From an uncultured Methanoregulaceae archaeon (GTDB taxonomy: Archaea; Halobacteriota; Methanomicrobia; Methanomicrobiales; Methanospirillaceae): 64,000 bases of DNA. Shown here one piece after another: positions 31,650 through 41,614 of this stretch. Location: NCBI GenBank assembly GCA_963717525.1, contig OY970343.1:1664001-1728000 (forward strand). The letters run 5' to 3'. The position numbers were made by a program, and so were the translations under genes. Below the pieces are notes generated by a model, which searched no databases, was not told the origin of the DNA, and saw only the letters and a list, made by a program, of their open reading frames with translations. Numbering within the stretch: position 1 is the stretch's first letter; the number at the start of each line of letters is the position of its first letter.

Positions 31650-31669
31650 TCAGGTGCTGAATTTGTATT

Positions 31670-32320
31670 TTACCCTTCATTTTTATCTGTTTGATCATTC
31701 TTTTTTCGGAGAAATCCCACAACAATGGATCCAACAATAAGAATTGAGATCCCGAGAATAGCCAAAGTGATATAATTGAAGTGCTCCTGAACGATTGGCA
31801 GGCTTCCAACGAAATATCCGGCGAGTATGAAAGTACAACTCCACAGGACGGCGCCTACGATGTTATAGGTAATGAACCATCGGTAGTTCATCCTGCCGAC
31901 ACCGGCAAGGAACGGTGCAACGGTCCGGATATAGGGAATAAACCGTGCGATAATAATGGTAAGACCGCCATACCGGGAAAAATATTCCTCAGTTTTCTCC
32001 AGATGACCTTTTTTCACATGCTTTTCGAGTACCTTCATCCCCTTCGTTTTTGCGATCCAGTAATTGACCGAATCCCCTAGCACCGCGGCAGCACAGAGTG
32101 TGATGATCAGGATCTCAACATTTAAAGAACCTGAGCTCGCAAACGCCCCTGCAATAAAGAGAAGCGAATCCCCGGGAAGAAAGGGAAATATCACAAAGCC
32201 CGTTTCGGAAAAGATGAGCACAAAAAGGATCAGGTACGTCCAGAACCCATAGGTCTGGATAATACCCGGCAGGTACTTATCGATGTGAATAATGAGATAA
32301 AAAAGAGTGGAGAGATCCAT
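31670..32320 (-). CDS. DedA/VTT family protein
   Basis: FSETG..PFLPGDSLLF, ARFIPYIRT. Confidence 0.9.
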   Translation of the reverse strand: MDLSTLFYLIIHIDKYLPGIIQTYGFWTYLILFVLIFSETGFVIFPFLPGDSLLFIAGAFASSGSLNVEILIITLCAAAVLGDSVNYWIAKTKGMKVLEKHVKKGHLEKTEEYFSRYGGLTIIIARFIPYIRTVAPFLAGVGRMNYRWFITYNIVGAVLWSCTFILAGYFVGSLPIVQEHFNYITLAILGISILIVGSIVVGFLRKKNDQTDKNEG

Positions 32321-32368
32321 GGATAGTAACGATATACCTATCCGATAAATATAAGATTATCGCAACAA

Positions 32369-32447
32369 GGTGCTGTTACATCTGCGGTTGGTGGCAGATA
32401 TTACAAGTCTTAAGAATTTGTGTATCGACAGTAGACACACCAGAACC
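32369..32447 (+). repeat. Hairpin element family A (79 bp)
   Basis: GGTGCTGTTACATCTGCGGTTG...CGACAGTAGACACACCAGAACC. Confidence 0.85.
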
Positions 32448-32471
32448 GAAAAATAAAAAAGAGGATTTTAT

Positions 32472-32888
32472 TTATATGGCTTTTTCGTGATTTGCATAGT
32501 GAAGATCTTTACAATAATCATGTAAGTATCCGCCACAATACTTACACGTGCACACGACCTCATTTGTCAGATTATCAATAAGGCGCGTGTTGGATGATCC
32601 CGTATGTTTGAGTAATTTATCCCCGCATTCAACGCAGCATATATCTTTTTCAGATATTCCTCCCTCCTCGAGATTCTTGAGATAACGACTGTATGCGGAA
32701 CTCCCCAGTCCATCTTTATGTTTCTCGTTGTGCACTGCGGCACAAGCATCGTGAATAAACCCTCCACAAAACGGGCATATCCTTCTCTCTTTTTTGGATG
32801 AACCAGGTTTATGGGGTACTATTTTACCGCCACATTCACCACAAAAAGCATTCAACCCGCTATCTGGCATCAACGTTTCTCTTGTCAT
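32472..32888 (-). CDS. Protein with two repeated Cys/His zinc-finger units
   Basis: CGEC..CPFCGGFIHDAC..H and CVEC..CKYCGGYLHDYC..H. Confidence 0.75.
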   Translation of the reverse strand: MTRETLMPDSGLNAFCGECGGKIVPHKPGSSKKERRICPFCGGFIHDACAAVHNEKHKDGLGSSAYSRYLKNLEEGGISEKDICCVECGDKLLKHTGSSNTRLIDNLTNEVVCTCKYCGGYLHDYCKDLHYANHEKAI

Positions 32889-32935
32889 ACAATCGGGACT
32901 TTGTATTTTCTTAAGACATATAGTTTATTAAAACA

Positions 32936-33015
32936 GGGTCTGTTAACCTGTTAGGGAATTATCAAATTTCCAATGCCTGATAAACTATCCGATCCCACGT
33001 CAGGTTAACAGAACC
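32936..33015 (+). repeat. Hairpin element family A (80 bp)
   Basis: GGGTCTGTTAACCTG...CAGGTTAACAGAACC. Confidence 0.8.
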
Positions 33016-33080
33016 AAAAAAAAGCAACCTTAAAATATCCCATGAGCAGAATTCACGTATAAACCCTGAGGTAGATTAGT

Positions 33081-33695
33081 ATGCCTGAAACAACTGCTTC
33101 TCCGCAACCTTCTGCAGATGTGGAATTGGAAAAGGAACTGGAAGAATTACGTTGGTTTACCAATCCCGGACTCCATCCCTGGTGGGTCGTCCTTCTGTGG
33201 GGGATCCTTGCCGTTATCATCGGTATTATGTTCCTCGCATCTCCGGGCATTACAACGCTCGTCTTTGCCACATTCCTTGGTGCCTACTGGCTTGTCAGTG
33301 GTATCTTCTCGCTCATCAGTCTTGCCTTCGACAGGAGCCATATGGGATGGAAGATTTTTCTGGCAGTTCTCAACCTCATCGCGGGTCTCATCATCCTCTG
33401 TTACCCGCTGGTCTCCACCATCTTCCTGCTTCTGTTCTTTGTGGTCTTCATCGGGGTATGGGCGCTCTTTATCGGTGGTGCTCACCTCTATCATGCCTTT
33501 ACCTTTAAGGATGCGGGAAACGGCATCCTGGGAATCATCAGTATTATTTTCGGTCTCCTGCTCCTTCTCTACCCGCTGGTCTCAGCCGCGCTCGTTCCTT
33601 TCATTGCCGGGATCTTCGCTATTGTAATTGGTATCATTGCCATGGTGGCCTCGTTCAAGGTAAAGGGGACACCCTCCCCTCAGGCGACTGCCTGA
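33081..33695 (+). CDS. HdeD/DUF308 membrane protein
   Basis: WWVVLLWGILAVIIG..P..T; repeated TM hairpins. Confidence 0.85.
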   Translation: MPETTASPQPSADVELEKELEELRWFTNPGLHPWWVVLLWGILAVIIGIMFLASPGITTLVFATFLGAYWLVSGIFSLISLAFDRSHMGWKIFLAVLNLIAGLIILCYPLVSTIFLLLFFVVFIGVWALFIGGAHLYHAFTFKDAGNGILGIISIIFGLLLLLYPLVSAALVPFIAGIFAIVIGIIAMVASFKVKGTPSPQATA

Positions 33696-33884
33696 TACTC
33701 ATCTTTTTTTATTGCCTGTTCATAGCATGGGACGATTGCCAGACAGGGAAAAAACTGGATTCTACGATCAGGGTTCAGAAAACCCGCCTCTTTCCCCACC
33801 CTCTATTTTTGGTTCAGTCACGGCTAAGTATCCCCGCTCCCAATCCTCTTTCACCCAACGGCGCCCGAGGGTGGAGTAAAAGAA

Positions 33885-34388
33885 ATGACTGACTTTGTTC
33901 AGACAAGCGAAATCAAGCATGCGGTTCGGAAACTTTCGAACCCGATCGAGGATGCGGTGACGTTCAATAACGTCGTCCAGTCCGTGATCGCTGCGAACCC
34001 CTTCGGGTGTGTATCGTATATGACCGCCGGCGAGAACCATCCCGCCGTGGAAAAGACCAGGGAAGCGTATACCGCGAAGATCGTCTACCAGGACAACGAC
34101 GCCAGGATCTGCGGCACGGGCACGCACCGGTTCATGAGCCTCGGCGGCTATAACAACGGCTCAGCCGCCATTCTCGCAAATGCTGCCCTCTCAACCGCAC
34201 ACGGGGGCATAGCCGCCCACGACTTCGACAGCGACACCTGGTCCGCGAACCTCAAGTGTCACGATCCCAACGGCGAGATCTACAATGTCGTGCTCTCCCG
34301 GGACCAGGTTATCCTGACATCCTATGAATCCGAGGATATCCGCACAAAGGTTGAGACCTGGGCCGACAGCGTGCCGGAACTGGCCTGA
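33885..34388 (+). CDS. Uncharacterised 167-aa protein, copy 2
   Basis: Paralog of 24723-25226. Confidence 0.85.
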   Translation: MTDFVQTSEIKHAVRKLSNPIEDAVTFNNVVQSVIAANPFGCVSYMTAGENHPAVEKTREAYTAKIVYQDNDARICGTGTHRFMSLGGYNNGSAAILANAALSTAHGGIAAHDFDSDTWSANLKCHDPNGEIYNVVLSRDQVILTSYESEDIRTKVETWADSVPELA

Positions 34389-34466
34389 ATTATCGACGAA
34401 ACGGCAGGAGACCGGGACCTTTCCGGTCAACCCTCTCCCTGCCGTTTTTCGCGGAGGGCCTCAAGA

Positions 34467-34628
34467 ATGGATATCGAATTTTCAATTATTGCCGGGCTCG
34501 TCCTCCCACTCTATCCCCTGCTGTTTGCCATCTACCAGAAAATTGGCAGGTACGATGAGATCGTCGAGGAGTTCAAGAAACTCCGGGACGAGCACCAGAA
34601 TTACCGGGAGAAGTACCATGGAACGTAA
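34467..34628 (+). CDS. 53-aa TM + coiled-coil protein (below ORF cutoff)
   Basis: MDIEFSIIAGLVLPLYPLLFAIYQKIGRYDEIVEEFKKLRDEHQNYREKYHGT; GGAGG upstream; overlaps next start. Confidence 0.65.
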   Translation: MDIEFSIIAGLVLPLYPLLFAIYQKIGRYDEIVEEFKKLRDEHQNYREKYHGT

Positions 34629-35118
34629 AATTGATACTGCACCAGAGGAGGACCGGGCACCTCGTCCGGTCGCCCGGGTCACCGGCCTGTACCGGGGCAC
34701 ATTCGCCGGGCTTGTCCCGCTCACCGTAAAAACCCCGCTGACACCGGACCAGGTGCGCCGGAACCCGATCTTCTACGAACTCGACCTGAACCACGAGTAT
34801 GCGGACGAGAACCTCATTATCGACCTCGTGTACGACAACCTTTCACCGCGCCGGCTGCCGGACCTTTTCCGGGGAACCGACATCCCCCGGGGCATCCGGT
34901 TCTGGCCGGACTGGTTTACCATCCCGCCCTATGACGAGATGCACGACCTCGACGGCCGCCGGGTATATCCCAGAGCGCCCGGCATCCACACCGTGCAGGT
35001 CCGGACTGCCTGCCGGAAGTTTGCACAGATAGGAAGGAGCCGGGATTTCTCACCGGAGAATGGCGGCTCCACGAGCCCGGTCTTCGAGATTATGATCGCC
35101 GGTGACGATCATGTTTGA
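34618..35118 (+). CDS. Hypothetical protein
   Basis: Operon-like overlaps on both sides. Confidence 0.7.
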   Translation: MERKIDTAPEEDRAPRPVARVTGLYRGTFAGLVPLTVKTPLTPDQVRRNPIFYELDLNHEYADENLIIDLVYDNLSPRRLPDLFRGTDIPRGIRFWPDWFTIPPYDEMHDLDGRRVYPRAPGIHTVQVRTACRKFAQIGRSRDFSPENGGSTSPVFEIMIAGDDHV

Positions 35119-35695
35119 GAACGAGACACAGACCCGGTGCGCCATCTGCGGCACCGGGGTCCTCCTCGGCGCAATCTTTCTTTTTGCACATTTCCCGGTC
35201 ATCCTGCTGGTGGTGCCGGTCGCGGTGCTCTTCCTCGGTCTTGTTGCCGACCCGGAGGAGACCCACGCGGTCTGGTACGGGATGCTTTCCACGATCGGCA
35301 TCTTTGACCTGTCCGCACTGACGGATGCAGAGCGGTCGTACTACGCTGAGAAACGGCATTATTTCTGGTTCGGCGAGGTCGCGATGGCCTCAGTGCTGGC
35401 CGATATGTTTGCCATCCCGGCCGGGATCTTCCTTGCGGGCCGGGCGGAGATGACCCTTGCATTCATCGGAGCGACGGTCCTCTTCCTGCCGCTCTTCGTG
35501 TTCCTGCCGAAGCTGATCCAGAGAGCGATGAAAGCGGACGTGGATGCCGCGATCAAGACATTCGGCAAGAACGAACAGGTGAAAAAGGTATTCTGGACTA
35601 TGTTCGTCGCTATGGCCGGACTGATGCTCGCCCGGGTCCTGGATCCGGCAACGGCGCAGCAGGTCGTGGGGGTGATCATGGGAATGGGTGGGTAA
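35111..35695 (+). CDS. Hypothetical membrane protein
   Basis: Several TM segments; followed by a T-tract. Confidence 0.65.
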   Translation: MFENETQTRCAICGTGVLLGAIFLFAHFPVILLVVPVAVLFLGLVADPEETHAVWYGMLSTIGIFDLSALTDAERSYYAEKRHYFWFGEVAMASVLADMFAIPAGIFLAGRAEMTLAFIGATVLFLPLFVFLPKLIQRAMKADVDAAIKTFGKNEQVKKVFWTMFVAMAGLMLARVLDPATAQQVVGVIMGMGG

Positions 35696-35754
35696 ATTCT
35701 TTTTTTTTACACGATTCCCCTTTTCATCGTTACGAAAACTTTACCGATGAGGGG

Positions 35755-36228
35755 TTATGAAAAATCTGTTTTCATCTGGTGACCCGCTTCACCAGATTGA
35801 GAGAAGCTCGAGTTCATACAGTATCTCTGGTTAGTCGGCGGCGGGCCGTCATTGAAAACATGCCCCAGGTGAGCTTCGCACCGGGCGCACAGGACTTCTA
35901 CGCGGTGCATTCCGAACTTATGGTCTTCTGATGTTGTCACATTCTCCTTGGCTATCGGCGCTGAGAAACTTGGCCAGCCCGTCCCGGACTCAAACTTGTC
36001 CCGGGAATCAAAGAGATCTGTCCCGCAGCACGCACACTGGAAGATGCCGTCATCATGGGTGTCATGATATGCACCGGTGAATGCGGGTTCTGTACCTTGT
36101 CTGCGTGCGACTTCAAAGATCTGGGCAGGGAGAATCGATCTCCACTCTTCTTCAGTCTTCTTAATGGGCTCGACAAATTCAACCTTTCCGGTCGCAGCTG
36201 AGTAAATGGGGATTTTTCCGTTTGTCAT
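35755..36228 (-). CDS. msrB: Methionine-R-sulfoxide reductase
   Basis: GTEPAF, KFESGTGWPSF, HLGHVF.DGP, RYCMNS. Confidence 0.95.
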   Translation of the reverse strand: MTNGKIPIYSAATGKVEFVEPIKKTEEEWRSILPAQIFEVARRQGTEPAFTGAYHDTHDDGIFQCACCGTDLFDSRDKFESGTGWPSFSAPIAKENVTTSEDHKFGMHRVEVLCARCEAHLGHVFNDGPPPTNQRYCMNSSFSQSGEAGHQMKTDFS

Positions 36229-36331
36229 AATCGCTCCAGCATGAATCTTGTAAGGGTAGCACCGGGAGATAAATCCTGTGGTGGCTATTCGCCAGTTCCC
36301 GGTGAAAGTACAGGCTCCCGGTGACCGCCTT

Positions 36332-37105
36332 TCACTTCCCGGGGATAATTTTCAGCAGGGTCTCCATTTTCTTTCGGTCAAACCCGATGATGAACTCGTT
36401 CCCGATCTGGACGACCGGTGATCCGATATGACCAGTTTTCTCAATGACGAGGTTTCTAGCCTCTTCATCCGCAGCCATATTAATCTCAACAAATTTTACA
36501 TTCTTACTGGTGAGATACTCTTTAACCGCTCGGCAACCGGAGCATCCCGGTGTTGCATAGACCCGCACCTCTTGTGATTCGTCCCACGTTTTGTCAATGA
36601 AACCTTCGCGGCCGGAAAGGATCTTGTATTCCTTGTATCGTCCCGGATTTTTCCTGTCGTAATCCTGGTGGTAATCCTCAGCAGGGTAGAATGTTGTGTA
36701 TTGCCGGATTTCCGTTGCCACCGGTTTGTTGAATTTGCCGGAATCATTCAGCTTTTTCTTCGAATTTTCCGCGATTCGCTTCTGCTCCTCATCGTGGTAG
36801 AAAATGGCTGTATGGTACTGGGATCCCTTGTCAGCAAACTGGCCATCGGAATCAGTAGGGTCGATCTGGCGCCAGAATACATCGAGGAGTTTCTCGTATG
36901 TGACTTTCTCCGGGTTGTACGTTACCTGCACTGCCTCAAGGTATCCTGTCGAACCTGACGAGACTTCATCGTAGGTCGGGTTCGGTTTCGTGCCGCCGGC
37001 ATACCCGGCGACCGAGTCAATTACTCCATCTGTCATCCTGAACGGGGGCTGCATACACCAGAAGCAGCCACCGGCAAATGTTGCCTTCATCTGTTTGTTG
37101 TCCAT
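36332..37105 (-). CDS. msrA: Methionine-S-sulfoxide reductase fused to a glutaredoxin (NrdH-like) domain
   Basis: FAGGCFWC, AEDYHQDY; C-terminal CSGC...PVV.IG..IIGFD. Confidence 0.95.
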   Translation of the reverse strand: MDNKQMKATFAGGCFWCMQPPFRMTDGVIDSVAGYAGGTKPNPTYDEVSSGSTGYLEAVQVTYNPEKVTYEKLLDVFWRQIDPTDSDGQFADKGSQYHTAIFYHDEEQKRIAENSKKKLNDSGKFNKPVATEIRQYTTFYPAEDYHQDYDRKNPGRYKEYKILSGREGFIDKTWDESQEVRVYATPGCSGCRAVKEYLTSKNVKFVEINMAADEEARNLVIEKTGHIGSPVVQIGNEFIIGFDRKKMETLLKIIPGK

Positions 37106-37205
37106 GATATCATCCTCGATTATTAACCAAATGTTAATGCAAATGCCAGGAATCCCGGCAGCGGAATGTCCAGCTCCAGCATATGTTCTCCATAGTCAGT
37201 CCCTG

Positions 37206-37847
37206 CTATGTCGCCGTCGTATTAGTGGTGTTGGTCTGTGTCTCCAGTACCTCAGCCCGCTCTTTCAGAAGATCCTGAATCTTCGCCTCGGTCGTATCAT
37301 AGTTTCCCGCACCGAAATTGTGGTAGACGATGAAACCATTGACATCGATAAGGTAATCCGCAGGCCAGTACTCATTGCCGTAAGATCCCCATGTTGCGTA
37401 ATCATTGTCGAGCACGACCGGGTATTTTATACCATATTTCTCTACAGCCTGCCGGACATTGCTGATGTCATGCTCGAACGGAGTTTCCGGGGTATGGATA
37501 CCGATGATCTCAAGACCCTGGTCATGGTACTTGTCGTACCACGTGTTCAGGTACGGGATCTCCATTTGGCAATCGATGCAGTTGAACGTCCAGAAGTGAA
37601 CGAGGATAACTTTCTTCCCGATCAGGCTCCCGATAGTGATGTTGTCAACATTCACGAATCCCGACGGTTCGGCGATTTCCTGTGCGGACGGGTATATCAT
37701 AGCCTCCGCCGGATTGCTTGAAATGTTTACCTCTGGAATGACCGGCGTACCGGTGTACGATTTTGAAGGAGTGAACCGCCCGAAGAATACGATGGCCGCT
37801 GCAATGAAAATCAGCGCTGCGATGAGTGCAATGGTTCGTTCTTCCAT
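37206..37847 (-). CDS. DipZ-like redoxin, shortened paralog
   Basis: FWTFNCIDC, IGIHTPE, YWPADYLID. Confidence 0.85.
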   Translation of the reverse strand: MEERTIALIAALIFIAAAIVFFGRFTPSKSYTGTPVIPEVNISSNPAEAMIYPSAQEIAEPSGFVNVDNITIGSLIGKKVILVHFWTFNCIDCQMEIPYLNTWYDKYHDQGLEIIGIHTPETPFEHDISNVRQAVEKYGIKYPVVLDNDYATWGSYGNEYWPADYLIDVNGFIVYHNFGAGNYDTTEAKIQDLLKERAEVLETQTNTTNTTAT

Positions 37848-37849
37848 GA

Positions 37850-38950
37850 TTATCCAAAGGTAAACGTATACGCCTGCAGTCCCGGCTGTGGGATGTCCAG
37901 CTCCAGCGTGTGCACTCCGTAGTCCGTACCTGCTACGAGCTGGTACAGCCGCTCGTCACTGATCGTTGCAACCCCCCCGGTGACATCCGGCCCACCGATA
38001 GCAACAGCAGGTTTGCCGTCAACCACGACGCTTACTTTCGTGGCATTGCTTGCGCTCGCGACGAAATAGACGTTCTTTGCATGGTACTGGAAGACAACGC
38101 TATTATTTCCTGTTGTCTCGGCATACTGGTCGCTAAAGTTCCAGGTCCCTCCCAGGTAAAGTGTATTCGAGGAGATCGAACCGGGCAGCACCAGTGTCTG
38201 CATGCCGTTCACCGATTGGTTTCCATTCCCCAGGTACTGGTTCTGTGCAGATCCAAAGTAGGTCTCCGGACTGCTGACCTTAGAGAAATCCACACTGACG
38301 GCATTCGCAGGTACCGATGTCGTGTTGGAGATGTTGACCTGGATCCCGAGTGCCTGTGCCCGCTCCCGTAAGAGATTCTGGATCTCCATTTCCGTTGTGT
38401 TGTAGTTACCCTCACCAATGTTGCGGTCGACAATAAATCCATCAATGTCGATAAGGTAGTCCTCAGGCCAGTACTGGTTCCCGTAGGAATCCCATGTCGC
38501 GTAATTGTTGTCGAGAACGACCGGATATTTGATACCGAATTTCTGGACCGCCATCCGGACATTGTTGATATCGTGCTCGAACTGGAACTCCGGAGTATGG
38601 ACTCCTATAATCTCAAGGCCCTGGTCATGGTATTCTGAGTACCATGTGTTCAGGTACGGGATCGTGCGTTCGCAGTTGATGCAGCTGTATGTCCAGAAAT
38701 CCACCAGGATGACATCTTTGCCTATCAGGCTCCCGATAGTGATGTTATCCACATTCACGAACCCTGAAGGATCTGCGATCTCTTTTGCGTACGGGTAGAG
38801 TTTCGCCTTTTCAGCATTGATTGCAGTCCGGTTACCCGGTGCCACCGAAGTTCCTGTATAGGATCTGTTCGGACTGAACTGTTGGACGTACACAATAGTC
38901 CCTGCTATCAGGATCAACACGATTATCAGTACAATTGTCCTTTTTTCCAT
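37850..38950 (-). CDS. DipZ-like redoxin with C-terminal domain
   Basis: FWTYSCINC, GVHTPEF, SPETYFG, AYTFTFG. Confidence 0.9.
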   Translation of the reverse strand: MEKRTIVLIIVLILIAGTIVYVQQFSPNRSYTGTSVAPGNRTAINAEKAKLYPYAKEIADPSGFVNVDNITIGSLIGKDVILVDFWTYSCINCERTIPYLNTWYSEYHDQGLEIIGVHTPEFQFEHDINNVRMAVQKFGIKYPVVLDNNYATWDSYGNQYWPEDYLIDIDGFIVDRNIGEGNYNTTEMEIQNLLRERAQALGIQVNISNTTSVPANAVSVDFSKVSSPETYFGSAQNQYLGNGNQSVNGMQTLVLPGSISSNTLYLGGTWNFSDQYAETTGNNSVVFQYHAKNVYFVASASNATKVSVVVDGKPAVAIGGPDVTGGVATISDERLYQLVAGTDYGVHTLELDIPQPGLQAYTFTFG

Positions 38951-38954
38951 CAGG

Positions 38955-39663
38955 TCAGCTCCCTAAAATGTATCCGTTGATCATGGTCAGATCAGCGATG
39001 AGTCCGAGCGTTTGTGTGAAGATCAGGATACCGAGAACGATCAGGAGAGCCCCAAAGATGATGTTGATGTATCCCAGGACCCGGGAATATTTGTTAATCC
39101 ACACGACTGCCTGGGATGCAAAAAGCCCGGTGATGATGAAGGGCAGGCCGAGACCGAGCGAGTATGCCAGCAAGAGTGTGAATGCGAGTGACGGCTGCGA
39201 CGCTGCAAGCCCGAGAATTGCCCCCAGTGCCGCTCCGACACAAGGCGTCCATCCGACAGCGAATGCAACACCGAAGAGAAATGCAGTGACATATTTCGAT
39301 TTGATCCCGGTCACCCGGAATTTATATTCCTTCTCAAGCCAGCTGACCCGGATCAGCCCCATAAGGTACAGGCCGAAGAAGATGATGATCAGCCCTCCCG
39401 CCCGGGACAGCCAGACCTGAACGTCAGAAGCGACTGATGTCAGGATCGTATTGAGCAGGACACCGAGGATAGCGAAAACAACCGAGAACCCGACAACAAA
39501 GAGAATGCTCGCGATAAGGATGTCCCACCGTTTCGCGGCGCCTTCCCGGACTGTAGGTACCGGCAAGATAGACGAGGAAACCCGGCACCAGCGGGAGGAC
39601 ACATGGAGCGAGGAACGAGACGATTCCGGCACCGAATGCAACAAGATAGGATACTTCAACCAT
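38955..39663 (-). CDS. ccdA: CcdA/DsbD-type disulfide transporter, frameshifted near 39550
   Basis: SFLAPCVLPLVP in one frame, FAVGWTPCVG in the next. Confidence 0.9.
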
Positions 39664-39695
39664 AAATCAACTCAGGTAAAGGAGAAACGGCAAGA

Positions 39696-39842
39696 TTAAC
39701 CGGACTTATTCTCCTGTATTTTTACAAGTTCCATCGGTTCGTTATGACAGATGAGTTCCCCGCCCCCTGACTCTTTTACAACCACAACGTTCCCACAAAT
39801 ATTGCACCGATATACTTCTCCAGCTTTATCGACGTTTACCAC
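39696..39842 (-). CDS. Desulforedoxin-like small protein (below ORF cutoff)
   Basis: GEVYRCNICGNVVVVKESGGGELICHNEPM. Confidence 0.8.
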   Translation of the reverse strand: MVNVDKAGEVYRCNICGNVVVVKESGGGELICHNEPMELVKIQENKSG

Positions 39843-40023
39843 GTGTTTGCCTCCGAATGCCCTTAGGGTGAAAATTCATAAGTGGAATATACTATTTATA
39901 TCCTAGGATACAGCTATTCCCTCAGCAGAGAGAGGAGCGCTAGCGGCGGTGCATGACAACACGGCATTAAAATTTAATTCGCTACCCGGAATTCAGAGGA
40001 CTATCCTAAACAATCCAGACTTT

Positions 40024-40773
40024 TCAAACTGAAAGCACCCTGTATAGCTCCACAATCGCGACCATTGTCTTGTATCCTTTGTCTGTGATGATGTAATCGC
40101 CACGCTCGTGGCGTTGGAGGATCATACCGGATTCCGTCAGTTTCCTGATGTGGAAGAGAAGGTTCCCACCTTTGAGGCCGGTCAACTGGGAGATCTCCGA
40201 GAAGGTCCGGGTCCCGGTTATAAGCGCCTTTACGATCTGGAACCGCTGGGCATTTGCAACAGGTTCAAGGATGTCATTTACCACAGCCTCATCAGGTATT
40301 TCAGCGACTAAATCCGCTGTATCGGGACTTTTTTGGTAGATTCCGAGTGTCTTCATCAATGAGACCTGCTTTTCGAAAAGTCGGCTAACTTCAGTAAAAC
40401 AGGTATCACACCGATCGTACGGCCCCTTCTTCCGGAGTGTCTTCATCTTTCCCCGGTACGACTGGATCAGCTCGTCAGAGATATTCCCCTCTGTGATATG
40501 CCGGGCAGAATTCTCCAAAAACTCCATGAATACCTCGTAACAGGTCTTCCGCATAGCACAATCCTCTACCATGCGGGCAGATAGATCGGCCTTCGCAGTA
40601 CCAATCTGGTTATCCGCGAACACTCCGGCATACTCTTTCTTAACATCTCCGAGTACTGCGTCCAGGTGCTGTTGGTTTGCCCGCTCGACAAACCGCTTCA
40701 AATCAGTGCGCAGACCTGTGATCTCCGTCTTTAGCTCGCGAATCTCGGTCATTGTCCCCAGTACTGCTCCCAT
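40024..40773 (-). CDS. ArsR-like wHTH regulator with Cys-containing N-terminal domain
   Basis: RFQIVKAL..TFSEISQLTGLKGGNLLFHIRKL; CAMRKTC, CDTC. Confidence 0.85.
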   Translation of the reverse strand: MGAVLGTMTEIRELKTEITGLRTDLKRFVERANQQHLDAVLGDVKKEYAGVFADNQIGTAKADLSARMVEDCAMRKTCYEVFMEFLENSARHITEGNISDELIQSYRGKMKTLRKKGPYDRCDTCFTEVSRLFEKQVSLMKTLGIYQKSPDTADLVAEIPDEAVVNDILEPVANAQRFQIVKALITGTRTFSEISQLTGLKGGNLLFHIRKLTESGMILQRHERGDYIITDKGYKTMVAIVELYRVLSV

Positions 40774-40906
40774 ACTCTCCTCTCGTGTTTGATTGGAATG
40801 CTTATGACCATGCGGGTCATTTTTCTGTATCAAAGATACTTTGTGTATTTTTATGACCCTTATCTATATATTAACGACCCTGCAATGGATACCCGGTGAA
40901 AAAATT

Positions 40907-41152
40907 ATGACCAAATCAGTTAAGGAACAAATCCATGCACAGATCACAGGAGCACTCAAGGGAGCCAAATTCCCGGTAGCAACGCCAAAAGACCTGATTG
41001 CAGCATTCCCGAATGGTGCAGATACGACCTGCCAGGTCGGGGACCTGAAGATGACTGCCGGCGAGGCAGGAAAACTCCTGAAGGCATCGGACTTCCCGTT
41101 CAAGAGTGCAAAGGCTGTTGCTGACGTTATCGTCGAACGTGCAGGGTTGTAA
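40907..41152 (+). CDS. MTH865 family protein
   Basis: GAKFPVATP.DLI.AFPNG.DTTC...DFPF. Confidence 0.85.
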   Translation: MTKSVKEQIHAQITGALKGAKFPVATPKDLIAAFPNGADTTCQVGDLKMTAGEAGKLLKASDFPFKSAKAVADVIVERAGL

Positions 41153-41188
41153 TCCCTTGGACAATCGCTCATTACCGGTGAATTTACT

Positions 41189-41593
41189 ATGGCAAAATTA
41201 ACCGCAGAGATGAAAGAAGCGTTTGGTAAGATGAAGATCTTCCCGGTTGCGACTGCATCAAAAGACGGTACTCCAAACGTGGTTCCTATCGGGGTCGTCG
41301 AACTCGTCAGCGATGATACGATCTGGATCACGGACAACTTCATGCACAAGTCGCTTGAGAACCTTGCGGCTAACCCGAAGATTGCGCTCTATATCTGGGG
41401 CCCGGAGATCAAGGGCTGCTTCCAGATCAAGGGTCATGCGACGGTCAAGACCAGCGGCAAGGATTTCGACGAAATGAAGGTAAAGATGAACAAAAAGAAT
41501 CCCGCTATGCCCGCACGTTCCCTTATCATTGTAAAGATCACCGATGTATTCGAATGCCAGCCGGGACAAAACGCAGGAAAGAAACTCCTTTAA
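41189..41593 (+). CDS. Pyridoxamine 5'-phosphate oxidase-like FMN-binding protein
   Basis: VATASKDGTPNVVP, DNFM.KS.ENL..NP, FQIKG. Confidence 0.9.
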   Translation: MAKLTAEMKEAFGKMKIFPVATASKDGTPNVVPIGVVELVSDDTIWITDNFMHKSLENLAANPKIALYIWGPEIKGCFQIKGHATVKTSGKDFDEMKVKMNKKNPAMPARSLIIVKITDVFECQPGQNAGKKLL

Positions 41594-41614
41594 AGCATAT
41601 GAGGAAAAACGAAC

